Shown here: positions 56,415-64,000 of the stretch, piece by piece | Numbering within the stretch: position 1 is the stretch's first letter | Layout of the letters: every line of letters begins with the position of its first letter | Assembly (NCBI GenBank): GCA_963809535.1 | Contig: CAWEJW010000001.1 | Coordinates: 163,136-227,135, forward strand | DNA from: an uncultured Actinomycetes bacterium | GTDB lineage: Bacteria > Actinomycetota > Coriobacteriia > Anaerosomatales > CAVRZR01 | Reading direction: 5' to 3' | Length of the DNA stretch: 64,000 bases | Position numbers and translations under genes: made by a program | Notes under the pieces: generated by a model | Told to the model about the DNA's origin: nothing | The model's input: only the letters and a program-made list of their open reading frames with translations | The model's database searches: none

Positions 56415-57749
56415 CTAGGTTGTCTGACCCGTGAAGGCGAACGTGTCCACCTTGATGGTCGGGACGAGCGAAGCGGTCTCCTCGCCCACGAAGCGCCGCT
56501 CGGCGCTCACACCGCTCGTGCGCAGAAGCACGTCGAGCGCGCTCTGAGTGAATCGCTGATTCTTCAACGGGCGTCCGAGCGTCCCGTTCTCGATCATGAA
56601 GGTCCCGTCGCGGGTCATGCCCGTCAGGAGCACCGTCATGGGATCTTCGACGTTCACGTAGTGGAACCGAGTTACGTACACGCCGCGCTCGACGGAAGAG
56701 ATGAGCTCGTCCACGCTCGATTCGCCTGGCAGCATCTCGAGGTTGAGCGGGTAGGGGCCGAACGAGTTGGGCGCCGGCAGCGCGTGACCCGAGTTGGGCC
56801 AGCCTCCGCGCGCGGCCCAGTAGGAGTCGGTCACGGGCCGCAGCGCTACGCCGTATTCGATCATCGGGACAACACGCTTGGGCATGCCCTCGTAGTCGAA
56901 GGTCAATCCGAGAGCGTATGGGGCGAGTGCGTCGTCGACGATCGTCACGAGTTCGGAGCCAATACCGCTCTCGAGTTTGCCGCTCATGAACGAGCGGCCT
57001 TCCTCGTAGGCCTTCGCGGAGAGCCCGGTGTACGCGAGGAACTGGAGGATGTCGCCGACGGCTTCGGGTCCGAGCACGACCGCGTACTCGCCTGGTTCCA
57101 GGTCTCTGGGATCAGTCGAGCGCTGGGCCAGAAGAGCGGCCTCGTCCCCGAGCGACTCGGCCGACAGCTCGCTCGCGTCCTTGCCGGTCCAAGAAGCCCA
57201 GCCGCTGCCGCCTTCGCTGCCCATCGAGAGCACGGTTGCACGGGCGCTGCTCGTCCTCATCGCAGCGACGATACCCTTGGAGTTCGCGACGGCGGTTGTC
57301 GTCGCTGAGGTCGCGACCGTTCCTGCCGCGACGAGCCCTCTCGACGAGGACTGCCCGATGATCGTGGCAACCGCTTCGGCGCGAGCGTCCGCGTTGAAGT
57401 CAGCAGTCTTCTCGCAGTACCGGTCCGTGCGCTCGTCGATGGGTTCGGGCGAAGGCAGACCCGGGAACGTCGGATCCTCGGCGGCCTGCGACGCCGCCAG
57501 CACGGCCGCCTCGCAGACCGAGCGCAACGACTGCTCGTCCGTCTGGTTGGTCGAGGCGACGCCGATCCGCGTGCCGAGGACGGCGCGAACCGAGACGAGA
57601 ACGTCGTCTTCCACCACGTTCTGGTGGATGTGGTTGTTGGCGAAGCGGGTCAGAGAGGAGGTGTCGTGAACGACGAGCACTTCGGCCTGGTCTGCCGACG
57701 TGAGTCCGACGGCGCGACGAGCGAGGGAGCGGGCCTCGGAGGCATTCAC
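56415..57749 (-). CDS. pmbA: TldE/PmbA-family metalloprotease partner subunit
   Basis: TldD/PmbA fold without the HExxxH motif. GTG 57749 overlaps the tldD stop (GTGA). ORF 5' extension trimmed. Confidence 0.8.
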   Translation of the reverse strand: MNASEARSLARRAVGLTSADQAEVLVVHDTSSLTRFANNHIHQNVVEDDVLVSVRAVLGTRIGVASTNQTDEQSLRSVCEAAVLAASQAAEDPTFPGLPSPEPIDERTDRYCEKTADFNADARAEAVATIIGQSSSRGLVAAGTVATSATTTAVANSKGIVAAMRTSSARATVLSMGSEGGSGWASWTGKDASELSAESLGDEAALLAQRSTDPRDLEPGEYAVVLGPEAVGDILQFLAYTGLSAKAYEEGRSFMSGKLESGIGSELVTIVDDALAPYALGLTFDYEGMPKRVVPMIEYGVALRPVTDSYWAARGGWPNSGHALPAPNSFGPYPLNLEMLPGESSVDELISSVERGVYVTRFHYVNVEDPMTVLLTGMTRDGTFMIENGTLGRPLKNQRFTQSALDVLLRTSGVSAERRFVGEETASLVPTIKVDTFAFTGQTT

Positions 57750-59191
57750 CTTCCGACGCCCACCTTCACGCCCCTGAAGCGCGCGGGTGCGGCGCCATGC
57801 GCGACGTGTGCGGTCTGGACCGGCTCGCCCTTGCCGCAGTTGGGGAGGCCCCACAGGCGCCAGTAGTCTGGCGAGCACACCGCGTCGCACGAGTTCCAGA
57901 ACTGCGGGGTGATGCCGGTGTAGTTGGGGTTCTTGACGATACTCGTGAGCTCGCCGTTCTCGATCTTCCAGCCGATCTCGCACGCGAACTGGAAATTGAG
58001 CCGCCTATCGTCGATCGACCACGAGTTGTTCGTCTCGACGTAGAGGCCGCGCTCCGTGTCGGCAATGAGGTCAGGCAGCGACCACGTCCCGGGTTCCAGT
58101 GAAACGGTCGTCATGCGAATGAGCGGGATGCGATTCCAGCCGTCGGCACGCATGCAGCCATTCGAGCGCTGGCCGAGCACGGCCGCGGACTCTCGTGACG
58201 TCATGAAGCCCTCGAACACGCCATCGCGGATGAGGTAGGTGCGCTGTGCCGGCACCCCTTCGTCGTCGTATCCGAACGAGCCGAGTGATCCGGGGATGGT
58301 CGCATCCGCCGTGACCGTGACGAAGTCAGAGGCGTACCGGAGCGAACCTACGTCCGAGAGTCCCAGGAATGACGTTCCCGCGAACGCAGCCTCGTCGCCG
58401 AGTACGCGGTCCAGCTCGGAAGGGTGGCCGATGGATTCGTGTACCTGCAGGGCCACCTGGCTGCCGTCGATGATGAGGTCGGTCTCGCCGGCCTCCACGT
58501 CAGGAGCCGAAAGGAGGGCGGCCGCCTCCTCGGCGATCCGGGTGGCGTTGCCCACAAGGTCGAGCGCGAGCACGAAGTCCCAGCCGGCCTGCATCCACGC
58601 GCCGCCGTGCGAGTTGGGATACGAACGCGGCACGACTTCGCCCCCGCCGAGCGCGTAGGCAGTCATACCGGCGCCGGACTCGGTCCACTCCTGTTCGATG
58701 AAGGAGCCCAGACTCGAGCCGAACGTCTTGTGGAACTTGTAGAAGCCCAGTTCGGCCTTGGTCAGCTTGACCTTGTCGTTGGCCGTGCGCATAGCCTCAT
58801 CAGCAGCGAGAAGGACGGCGAGCTTGTCCTCGACGCTCACGCCGAACGGGTCGACCCCGCTCGGGCCGATCCATCGGTCTTGCACGGTATCCACGTCCGC
58901 GAGCGCGATCGGCGGGCTCGGGACAGAGGCCGATGCGCGAGCGACGGCGACCGCTTGCTTGGCAACCGATGCCGCGGCCTCGTCCGTCACGTCACGCGTT
59001 GCCGCGAAGCCCCAGTGCCCGTCGGCGATAGCGCGAACCCCGATCCCGAGCGAGGATGTCGAGACAATGCCTTCCAGGCGCCCCGATGCGACGGAGAGAG
59101 ACTCGTGCTGGGTGTCGACGACGCGCACGTCGGCGTAGGTAGCTCCGGCTAAGCGCGCGCTTTCCAGAGCGGCCTCGATGACCCCCCGCAT
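57746..59191 (-). CDS. tldD: TldD-family metalloprotease
   Basis: VHESIGHPSELDRVLG (HExxxH..E), C-terminal GxC motif region PNCGKGEP. Start trimmed to ATG 59191. Confidence 0.85.
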   Translation of the reverse strand: MRGVIEAALESARLAGATYADVRVVDTQHESLSVASGRLEGIVSTSSLGIGVRAIADGHWGFAATRDVTDEAAASVAKQAVAVARASASVPSPPIALADVDTVQDRWIGPSGVDPFGVSVEDKLAVLLAADEAMRTANDKVKLTKAELGFYKFHKTFGSSLGSFIEQEWTESGAGMTAYALGGGEVVPRSYPNSHGGAWMQAGWDFVLALDLVGNATRIAEEAAALLSAPDVEAGETDLIIDGSQVALQVHESIGHPSELDRVLGDEAAFAGTSFLGLSDVGSLRYASDFVTVTADATIPGSLGSFGYDDEGVPAQRTYLIRDGVFEGFMTSRESAAVLGQRSNGCMRADGWNRIPLIRMTTVSLEPGTWSLPDLIADTERGLYVETNNSWSIDDRRLNFQFACEIGWKIENGELTSIVKNPNYTGITPQFWNSCDAVCSPDYWRLWGLPNCGKGEPVQTAHVAHGAAPARFRGVKVGVGR

Positions 59192-59205
59192 CGTCGGCGT
59201 TCGGC

Positions 59206-60462
59206 CTAGCGGACGGTGCTCAACGCGTCGGCAGAGGTGGCAACCGCAGTCTGGACCGGCCCGACCCGAGGCTGCCACATGTAGCGGCGGGCGCCGGCGT
59301 AGTCAGCCCGGTTGGCGAGGATCGATATCTTCACGAAGTCGCCGGTGCGAGGCGCCTCCACAAAGTAGCCGCCGCCGATGTACATGCCGACGTGGTGGAT
59401 CGGCGAGCCGAAGAACACCACATCGCCGGGCTGGAGGTCGGCTGGCGCCACCTTCTCGCCGAGCAGGAACTGACTGCCGGAGTAGTGAGGCAGCGGGACG
59501 CCGTGCTGGCGCATGACGTACAAGACGAGTCCGGAACAGTCGAAGCCGGCTGGCGTGGCGCCACCCCAGAGATAGGGCACACCGTGGTAGGCGAGGATCG
59601 TGTCGACAGGCGAGCCAGGAACGACATCGATGCCAGCCTTCGATGCCCCGCCGAGGATGGCTTTGAGGAGCGCAGCCTCCTGAACCTGCCGCTGCTGTGC
59701 TTGTGTGGTCAGCAAGCCGAGCAGGTCGGCGCGGGTCGCTGCGAATAGCTTCTGCCGCTCGGCTATCCGCAGTTCGACTTCGATCTTGCGGGCCTTGAGC
59801 TCGAACTCCAGGGACTCGGCCACGCGCTTCGCGTTGCGTAGCTTGAAGACCTCGTCTTGTAGGTCCGCCCGCAGCTTGGCGTAGTCCTCGAGGACCGCCG
59901 CGCTATCGGTGCCGACGGTGTTCAGGAACTTCACGCGCTGAAGGAAGTCGTTCAGAGACTTCGAGTCGAGGAGAAGCTGGATCGCAGAGTACCTGCCGGA
60001 GCGGTACATCGTGCCGAGCTGCTCGTCGAGCAGCGCGCTCATCTGATCGAAGGCCTTGTTGGTGTCCTCTAGGTCGAGCTCGGCGGTGTGGACCTTCTCG
60101 TTCATCTGGCTGAGGCGGTCGGTCGCCTCGTTATACGCTTCAGTAGCGATCGAGAGTTCGCGGTCCATCTCGTCGAGCTGCGCGGTGAATGCGTCGAGTT
60201 CTGCCTGCCGTGCGGCGAGTTCCTTGCGGAAGCTCTCGTCGACGCCCGGATCGCCGATGACGGATGCCTCGGGTGCGGGACGGTCGGCGGTGGGCGCCTC
60301 CGGCAAGGATCCTGGCCCGATGACGACGGGCGGGGGCAGCGCCGAATCAGGCGGGGGAGTGGCCTCAGCCGCGAACGCGGGTAGGGCACCCAGAAGTGCC
60401 GCCACCAAGGTGAGCGCAAGGCCGTGACGTGCCAGTTGTGCGATCCGAAGCCTGACGGTCAT
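59206..60462 (-). CDS. NlpC/P60 peptidoglycan endopeptidase with N-terminal coiled coil (RipA-like architecture)
   Basis: Signal peptide LALTLVAALLGALPAFAAEA, coiled-coil segment of about 230 aa. C-terminus YLWGGATPAGFDCSGLVLYV...HHVGMYIGGGYFVEAP (Cys-His catalytic pair). Confidence 0.9.
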   Translation of the reverse strand: MTVRLRIAQLARHGLALTLVAALLGALPAFAAEATPPPDSALPPPVVIGPGSLPEAPTADRPAPEASVIGDPGVDESFRKELAARQAELDAFTAQLDEMDRELSIATEAYNEATDRLSQMNEKVHTAELDLEDTNKAFDQMSALLDEQLGTMYRSGRYSAIQLLLDSKSLNDFLQRVKFLNTVGTDSAAVLEDYAKLRADLQDEVFKLRNAKRVAESLEFELKARKIEVELRIAERQKLFAATRADLLGLLTTQAQQRQVQEAALLKAILGGASKAGIDVVPGSPVDTILAYHGVPYLWGGATPAGFDCSGLVLYVMRQHGVPLPHYSGSQFLLGEKVAPADLQPGDVVFFGSPIHHVGMYIGGGYFVEAPRTGDFVKISILANRADYAGARRYMWQPRVGPVQTAVATSADALSTVR

Positions 60463-60711
60463 TCGCTGCCTTTCCTTGCATGCTGCGCATACCTTCAACG
60501 GGACGCTGTTGCGCCATCGTCCCAGAAGGTACCGCAACAAGCCCTTACTCTAGCACAAATCCGCAGTATAGGTGCCGTTTCGGCCGCAAATACACGTTCT
60601 GGCCAGACACGCGCCATGAGGTGTGCAAACGCGGTGCCGAAAGGGTGTCTCGCGGACACCGGACGCACGTCGAATCGCATTCGGCGAGGTGGGATTGGGT
60701 GCGCGCACGTT

Positions 60712-60741
60712 TTGGTTGCGCCGCAACGCGGAGCGTACTAT
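60712..60741 (+). promoter_or_regulatory. Candidate promoter for tRNA-fMet
   Basis: TTGGTT-18 nt-TACTAT, about 35 nt upstream of the tRNA 5' end. Same 18-nt spacing as the tRNA-Gln candidate. Confidence 0.35.
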
Positions 60742-60775
60742 CATACGTTCCCGCGCCACGGCGCCAATCGAATAG

Positions 60776-60852
<77 letters not shown>

Positions 60853-60961
60853 GAGAATCCGCAGGTCAGACTCGAAACGTCTCTGGCCTGTTTGCTTTGT
60901 CGAAGGCGACTTCTAACGTCTTCTAACGCACGTTGTGGCGAGGGCACGGCATTCCCCTGCC

Positions 60962-60988
60962 GCGGGTCGAATCTCGCTTGGCCCACCA
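60962..60988 (+). other. Decayed tRNA 3'-end-like fragment (T-arm + acceptor strand + CCA)
   Basis: gcggg-tcgaat-ctcgc-ttggccc-a-cca. Differs from a canonical GCGGGTTCGAATCCCGC T-arm by one missing T and one C-to-T change. No matching 5' acceptor strand upstream. Confidence 0.4.
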
Positions 60989-61083
60989 GTCGGACCATTC
61001 CTGATCCGGTACCGAGAACCGTCTAGCCGGTATCCCTGGGCACGAGGGTCGGAATCCCCTCCGCCAGCTGAGTCACATTGGAG

Positions 61084-61111
61084 CCCCCGGTAGGCGAAAG
61101 CAGACCGGGGG
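61084..61111 (+). terminator. Strong hairpin in the non-coding stretch after tRNA-fMet
   Basis: cccccggt-(12 nt)-accggggg, a perfect 8-bp stem followed by ttcggttgttg. Confidence 0.35.
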
Positions 61112-61281
61112 TTCGGTTGTTGCCCTCCTTGCCGCTATCGGAGACGAGCTCTATCTCGCCTTTGCTATTCGCGCACTCGAGGCCACGTGTGCCCGCGTTT
61201 GTTCCTGTTTGGCTTGGCGGCCTACCGGGAAAGGCTCGAGTGGCTCGGCTTCTGAAGCCTCGTTCATCAAGAGGGAGAGGG

Positions 61282-61659
61282 ATGGCCATGAATCCTAGTG
61301 AAGAAATTGACAATTACTGCGCGCAGTGTCCTGACTGGCGCGGTGCCATGCTATCTCAGCTTCGCAAAACCATCCTCGAGGTCGATCCTGCGATCATCGA
61401 GGAGTGGAAGTATATGGGGTCACCGGTCTGGTCACTCGACGGGATCCTCGTCACTGGAAATATCTTCAAGAACAAGGTGAAGCTCGGCTTCATGCACGGT
61501 GCGGCGCTCCCTGATCCTGACAAGCTCTTCAATGACGAACTGGCGGGCAATCAGAGGCGGGCCATCCTGTTCTATGAAGGCGATCAGGTTGAAGAAGGTC
61601 CGCTGAAGGCTCTCGTTCGTGCTGCCATAAGCTACAACCAGGCAAAAGGCAAGAAATAG
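61282..61659 (+). CDS. DUF1801 (YdhG-like) domain protein
   Basis: GAGGGAGAGGG RBS. MAMNPSEEIDNYCAQCPDWRGAMLSQLRKTILEVDPAIIEEWKYMGSPVWSLDG..VKLGF. Visibly lower GC than neighbours. ATG 61288 is an alternative start. Confidence 0.75.
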   Translation: MAMNPSEEIDNYCAQCPDWRGAMLSQLRKTILEVDPAIIEEWKYMGSPVWSLDGILVTGNIFKNKVKLGFMHGAALPDPDKLFNDELAGNQRRAILFYEGDQVEEGPLKALVRAAISYNQAKGKK

Positions 61660-61793
61660 GTCCTCTTGAGGAGCTCTGGGACCTTCCGTACAGCGCTCGC
61701 ACCTCCACCCCGGGGGAGGAGAAGCTGCACAATGCGTCTATGAGGGCCTCCACGTTTGCCGAGTGGAACTCGATCACGGGGGGTTGACCGGAC

Positions 61794-63464
61794 ATGGCCC
61801 AGCTCGTCGAGTGCGTTCCGAACTTCTCCGAAGGCCGCGACCGACAGAAGATCGACGCGATCACGCAGGTGATCGCGTCGACACCGGGTGTCCGACTGCT
61901 CGATGTCGATCCCGGGGCCGACACCAACCGCACCGTGGTTACCTTCGTCGGCTCGCCGGCGGCGGTGGCCGAGGCCGCGTTCCTCGCCATCAAGCGCGCG
62001 GCCGAGGTCATCGACATGCGGCAGCACATGGGCGCACACTCGCGCATCGGTGCCACCGATGTGTGCCCGTTCGTCCCCCTCGACGGAGTGACGATGGAGG
62101 ACTGCGTCAAGCTGGCCCGAGAGGTGGGAGAGCGGGTCGGGCGAGAGCTGGGCATCCCGGTCTACCTCTATGAAGAGGCTGCAACCCGCCCGGAGCGACG
62201 GAACCTGGCCGAGGTCCGCAAGGGCCAGTACGAGGGACTGCGCCAGAAGCTGGCCGATCGCGAATGGGCGCCGGACTTCGGCCCGACGGCCTTCAACGCG
62301 ACCGCGGGTGCGACGGTGATGGGCGCGCGCGAGTTCCTCATTGCCTACAACGTCAACCTCAACACCAAGGACAAGCGGCTCGCGACCAGGATCGCGCAGG
62401 CCATTCGTGAGAGCGGGGGGCCCAAGCGGGACGCCCGAGGGCAGTTCATCCTCGACGACAAGGGCGAGAAGGTGATGGAGCCCGGGCGGCTTCAATGCTG
62501 CAAGGCGACGGGCTGGTATATCGACGCGTACGGCTTCGCGCAGGTCTCCATCAATCTCACCAACTACAAGACCACCCCGCTGCACGTTGCCTTCGAGGAG
62601 TGCGTGAAGGAGGCCGAGAAGATCGGTGTCCGAGTGACCGGCAGCGAGCTCGTGGGGCTCATACCGAAGCAGGCCCTGCTGATGGCCGGGAGCTACTTCC
62701 TCGAGAAGCAGGGTCTCTCGGCAGGACAGCCCGAGGCCGACCTGGTCGAGGCTGCGGTCCTCTCCCTCGGTCTCGGCCAGCTCGGCCCCTTCGACTCGAA
62801 GAAGAAGGTCATCGAGTACGCGGTCCTGGAAGAGCCCCGGCTCGTCTCGATGTCGGTGAGAGACTTCGTCGACGTCCTGTCGACCGCTTCGCCGACCCCG
62901 GGCGGCGGCTCGGTTGCCGCCCTTTGCGGCTCGCTCGGCGCCGCGCTGGCCGCGATGGTGGGCAACCTGACCGTCGGCAAGAAGGGCTACGAGGAGCAGG
63001 ACGCGGAGATGCGCCGAGTGGCCGTCGCGGGGCAGGCGCTGAAGGACGAGCTCTTGGCGGCGGTCGACAGCGATTCGGCCGCCTACGATGCGGTCATGTC
63101 TGCCACGCGGCTACCCAAGAAGACGCGAGAGGAGGAGGAAGCGCGCTTGGCTGCGATGGCACGTGCCAACCGTGAAGCCGCGATGGTTCCACTCGAGGTG
63201 ATGCGCGCCACGGCCAGAGTGGCCGAGCTGACCGAGACGGTGGGCGAGCACGGATTCAAGCCATCCCTCTCCGATGCGGGGGTGGCCGCCGCTGCCGCGC
63301 GCACCGCCTCCATCGGCGCCTATCTCAACGTCCGCATCAACCTGGGTCAGATCGAAGATCGCGCATTCGTGGAGTCGATCACTGCCGAGGCCTTGGCGCT
63401 TAGGGATGCCACGGTCGCGCGCTGCGACGCGGTGATCGAGAAGGTCACTGCGGCCCTGGGCTAG
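61794..63464 (+). CDS. ftcD: Fused glutamate formimidoyltransferase / formimidoyl-THF cyclodeaminase
   Basis: MAQLVECVPNFSEGRD...GADTNRTVVTF (transferase domain). C-terminal cyclodeaminase domain SPTPGGGSVAALCGSLGAALAAMVGNLTVGKK. Confidence 0.9.
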   Translation: MAQLVECVPNFSEGRDRQKIDAITQVIASTPGVRLLDVDPGADTNRTVVTFVGSPAAVAEAAFLAIKRAAEVIDMRQHMGAHSRIGATDVCPFVPLDGVTMEDCVKLAREVGERVGRELGIPVYLYEEAATRPERRNLAEVRKGQYEGLRQKLADREWAPDFGPTAFNATAGATVMGAREFLIAYNVNLNTKDKRLATRIAQAIRESGGPKRDARGQFILDDKGEKVMEPGRLQCCKATGWYIDAYGFAQVSINLTNYKTTPLHVAFEECVKEAEKIGVRVTGSELVGLIPKQALLMAGSYFLEKQGLSAGQPEADLVEAAVLSLGLGQLGPFDSKKKVIEYAVLEEPRLVSMSVRDFVDVLSTASPTPGGGSVAALCGSLGAALAAMVGNLTVGKKGYEEQDAEMRRVAVAGQALKDELLAAVDSDSAAYDAVMSATRLPKKTREEEEARLAAMARANREAAMVPLEVMRATARVAELTETVGEHGFKPSLSDAGVAAAAARTASIGAYLNVRINLGQIEDRAFVESITAEALALRDATVARCDAVIEKVTAALG

Positions 63465-63928
63465 AGGGCCGAACGGTCTACCACCCGTCGCCAGACCCGC
63501 GGCGGGCACGCATCCGCGCGCGGCACCGGTCGAAGGGGCAGTCGCCCTCGGGTTCGCTGAAGCGGCCCCTTCTCGTTGAGAACGGTGATCACCCGCCCGG
63601 GAACCTGACGCGGCGGCCGGGGGTGAGGCGGGTTGAGCAGGTAGTACAGCCAGGGGGCCAGTATCAGCAGCAGGAATGCGATGACGAGCAGGATGACGAG
63701 CGGCCGCCTTGCCGTGAGTCGGGCGAAGAACCCCGGTTCGTACGGCTCGTCCTTCAGGAGAGGGTCAAGCTCGTCATCCTGGAGCCACTCGGGATTGAAC
63801 GGACCCTCGAGGCTCGAGTTTCTCATCGGGCGTATCCACATGCTCGTTCGGGTCCACCACTCACCCCCAACGTGAGCGTGTCGCTCCGGTTCCGTGCTGA
63901 GCTTGGCGGTCGTGTCTCCCCGGCCCAT
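63461..63928 (-). CDS. Hypothetical single-TM protein
   Basis: 155-aa ORF with one clear TM (PLVILLVIAFLLLILAPWLYYLL) and Pro/Arg-rich flanks. Convergent 4-nt overlap with ftcD. Start uncertain, no recognisable domain. Confidence 0.4.
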   Translation of the reverse strand: MGRGDTTAKLSTEPERHAHVGGEWWTRTSMWIRPMRNSSLEGPFNPEWLQDDELDPLLKDEPYEPGFFARLTARRPLVILLVIAFLLLILAPWLYYLLNPPHPRPPRQVPGRVITVLNEKGPLQRTRGRLPLRPVPRADACPPRVWRRVVDRSAL

Positions 63929-63975
63929 CGTCTGTCGCTACGCAGGAACACTGTACGACTCTGCGGTCACGAGAC

Positions 63976-64000
63976 CCCGAAGGTCGCAGGTTCAGGTCCT
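63976..64000 (+). repeat. Partial copy of the 3' half of tRNA-fMet (runs off window end)
   Basis: cccgaaggtcgcaggttca (63976-63994) is identical to 60815-60833 within the tRNA. The next 6 nt match 4/6 (ggtcct vs aatcct). Upstream sequence does not fold into D or anticodon arms. Confidence 0.5.

Noticed and set aside
61023-61313. 96-aa minus-strand ORF and the 5' extension of the DUF1801 ORF (61078-61281)
   Set aside because: Both cover the tRNA-fragment and hairpin region and give low-complexity translations with no RBS. The DUF1801 homology begins only at about 61282.
63938-64000. Second functional tRNA at the window end
   Set aside because: Only the anticodon-stem 3' strand through the T-arm matches tRNA-fMet. 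The upstream sequence cannot form D or anticodon arms, and the T-loop has G where A58 is expected. Reported instead as a partial repeat.

Overview
Dense, high-GC chromosomal segment (roughly two-thirds G+C by eye, not computed). It is mostly housekeeping and looks like an anaerobic Gram-positive lineage; an Actinomycetota/Coriobacteriia-like origin is inference only. Many long ORFs in the track are antisense or N-terminal-extension artefacts of high GC, so I trimmed starts using RBS and homology logic.

Content in order:
1. ABC-2 exporter (two permeases plus ATPase).
2. Accessory stretch 2.3-21.8 kb: J-domain protein, FNR-like and flavin oxidoreductases, SRPBCC, YeaQ/GlsB, cation/H+ antiporter, META lipoprotein, UbiA prenyltransferase, DinB-like, DUF2769 plus ferritin-like pair, HEAT plus degenerate HD-GYP pair, ImmA-like pseudo-protease, ROK kinase, DUF362 Fe-S protein.
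3. Bacillus-type conserved block: rsmI, abrB-like, metG, tatD, yabE-like, rsmA, veg, ispE, NTP-transferase, spoVG, tRNA-Gln, glmU, prs, rplY(ctc), pth.
4. Cell-wall hydrolases (M23 and NlpC/P60, both with coiled-coil N-terminal regions; CapA plus LytM-like), ApbE, EEP nuclease, NfnAB/GltD-like pair, orphan LytTR response regulator, UPF0210 plus ACT pair, DUF951.
5. Complete V-type ATPase operon (G/H-like, I, K, E, C, F, A, B, small ORF, D).
6. tldD/pmbA, initiator tRNA-Met, then a short lower-GC stretch with a DUF1801 protein and a fused formimidoyltransferase-cyclodeaminase.

No CRISPR array, transposase, integrase or rRNA was seen.

Most notable observations:
- A 1-nt frameshift splits V-ATPase subunit B.
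- An uncharacterised 63-aa two-TM ORF is translationally coupled between subunits B and D.
- Catalytic subunit A carries an insertion of about 55-60 aa.
- The HD-GYP protein has altered metal-ligand motifs and is paired with a HEAT-repeat protein that shares its N-terminal module.
- tRNA 3'-end-like fragments follow tRNA-fMet, including a 19-nt exact repeat of its 3' half at the window end.

I do not see a clear-cut novel multi-gene system such as a defence island. The findings are modest and stated as such.
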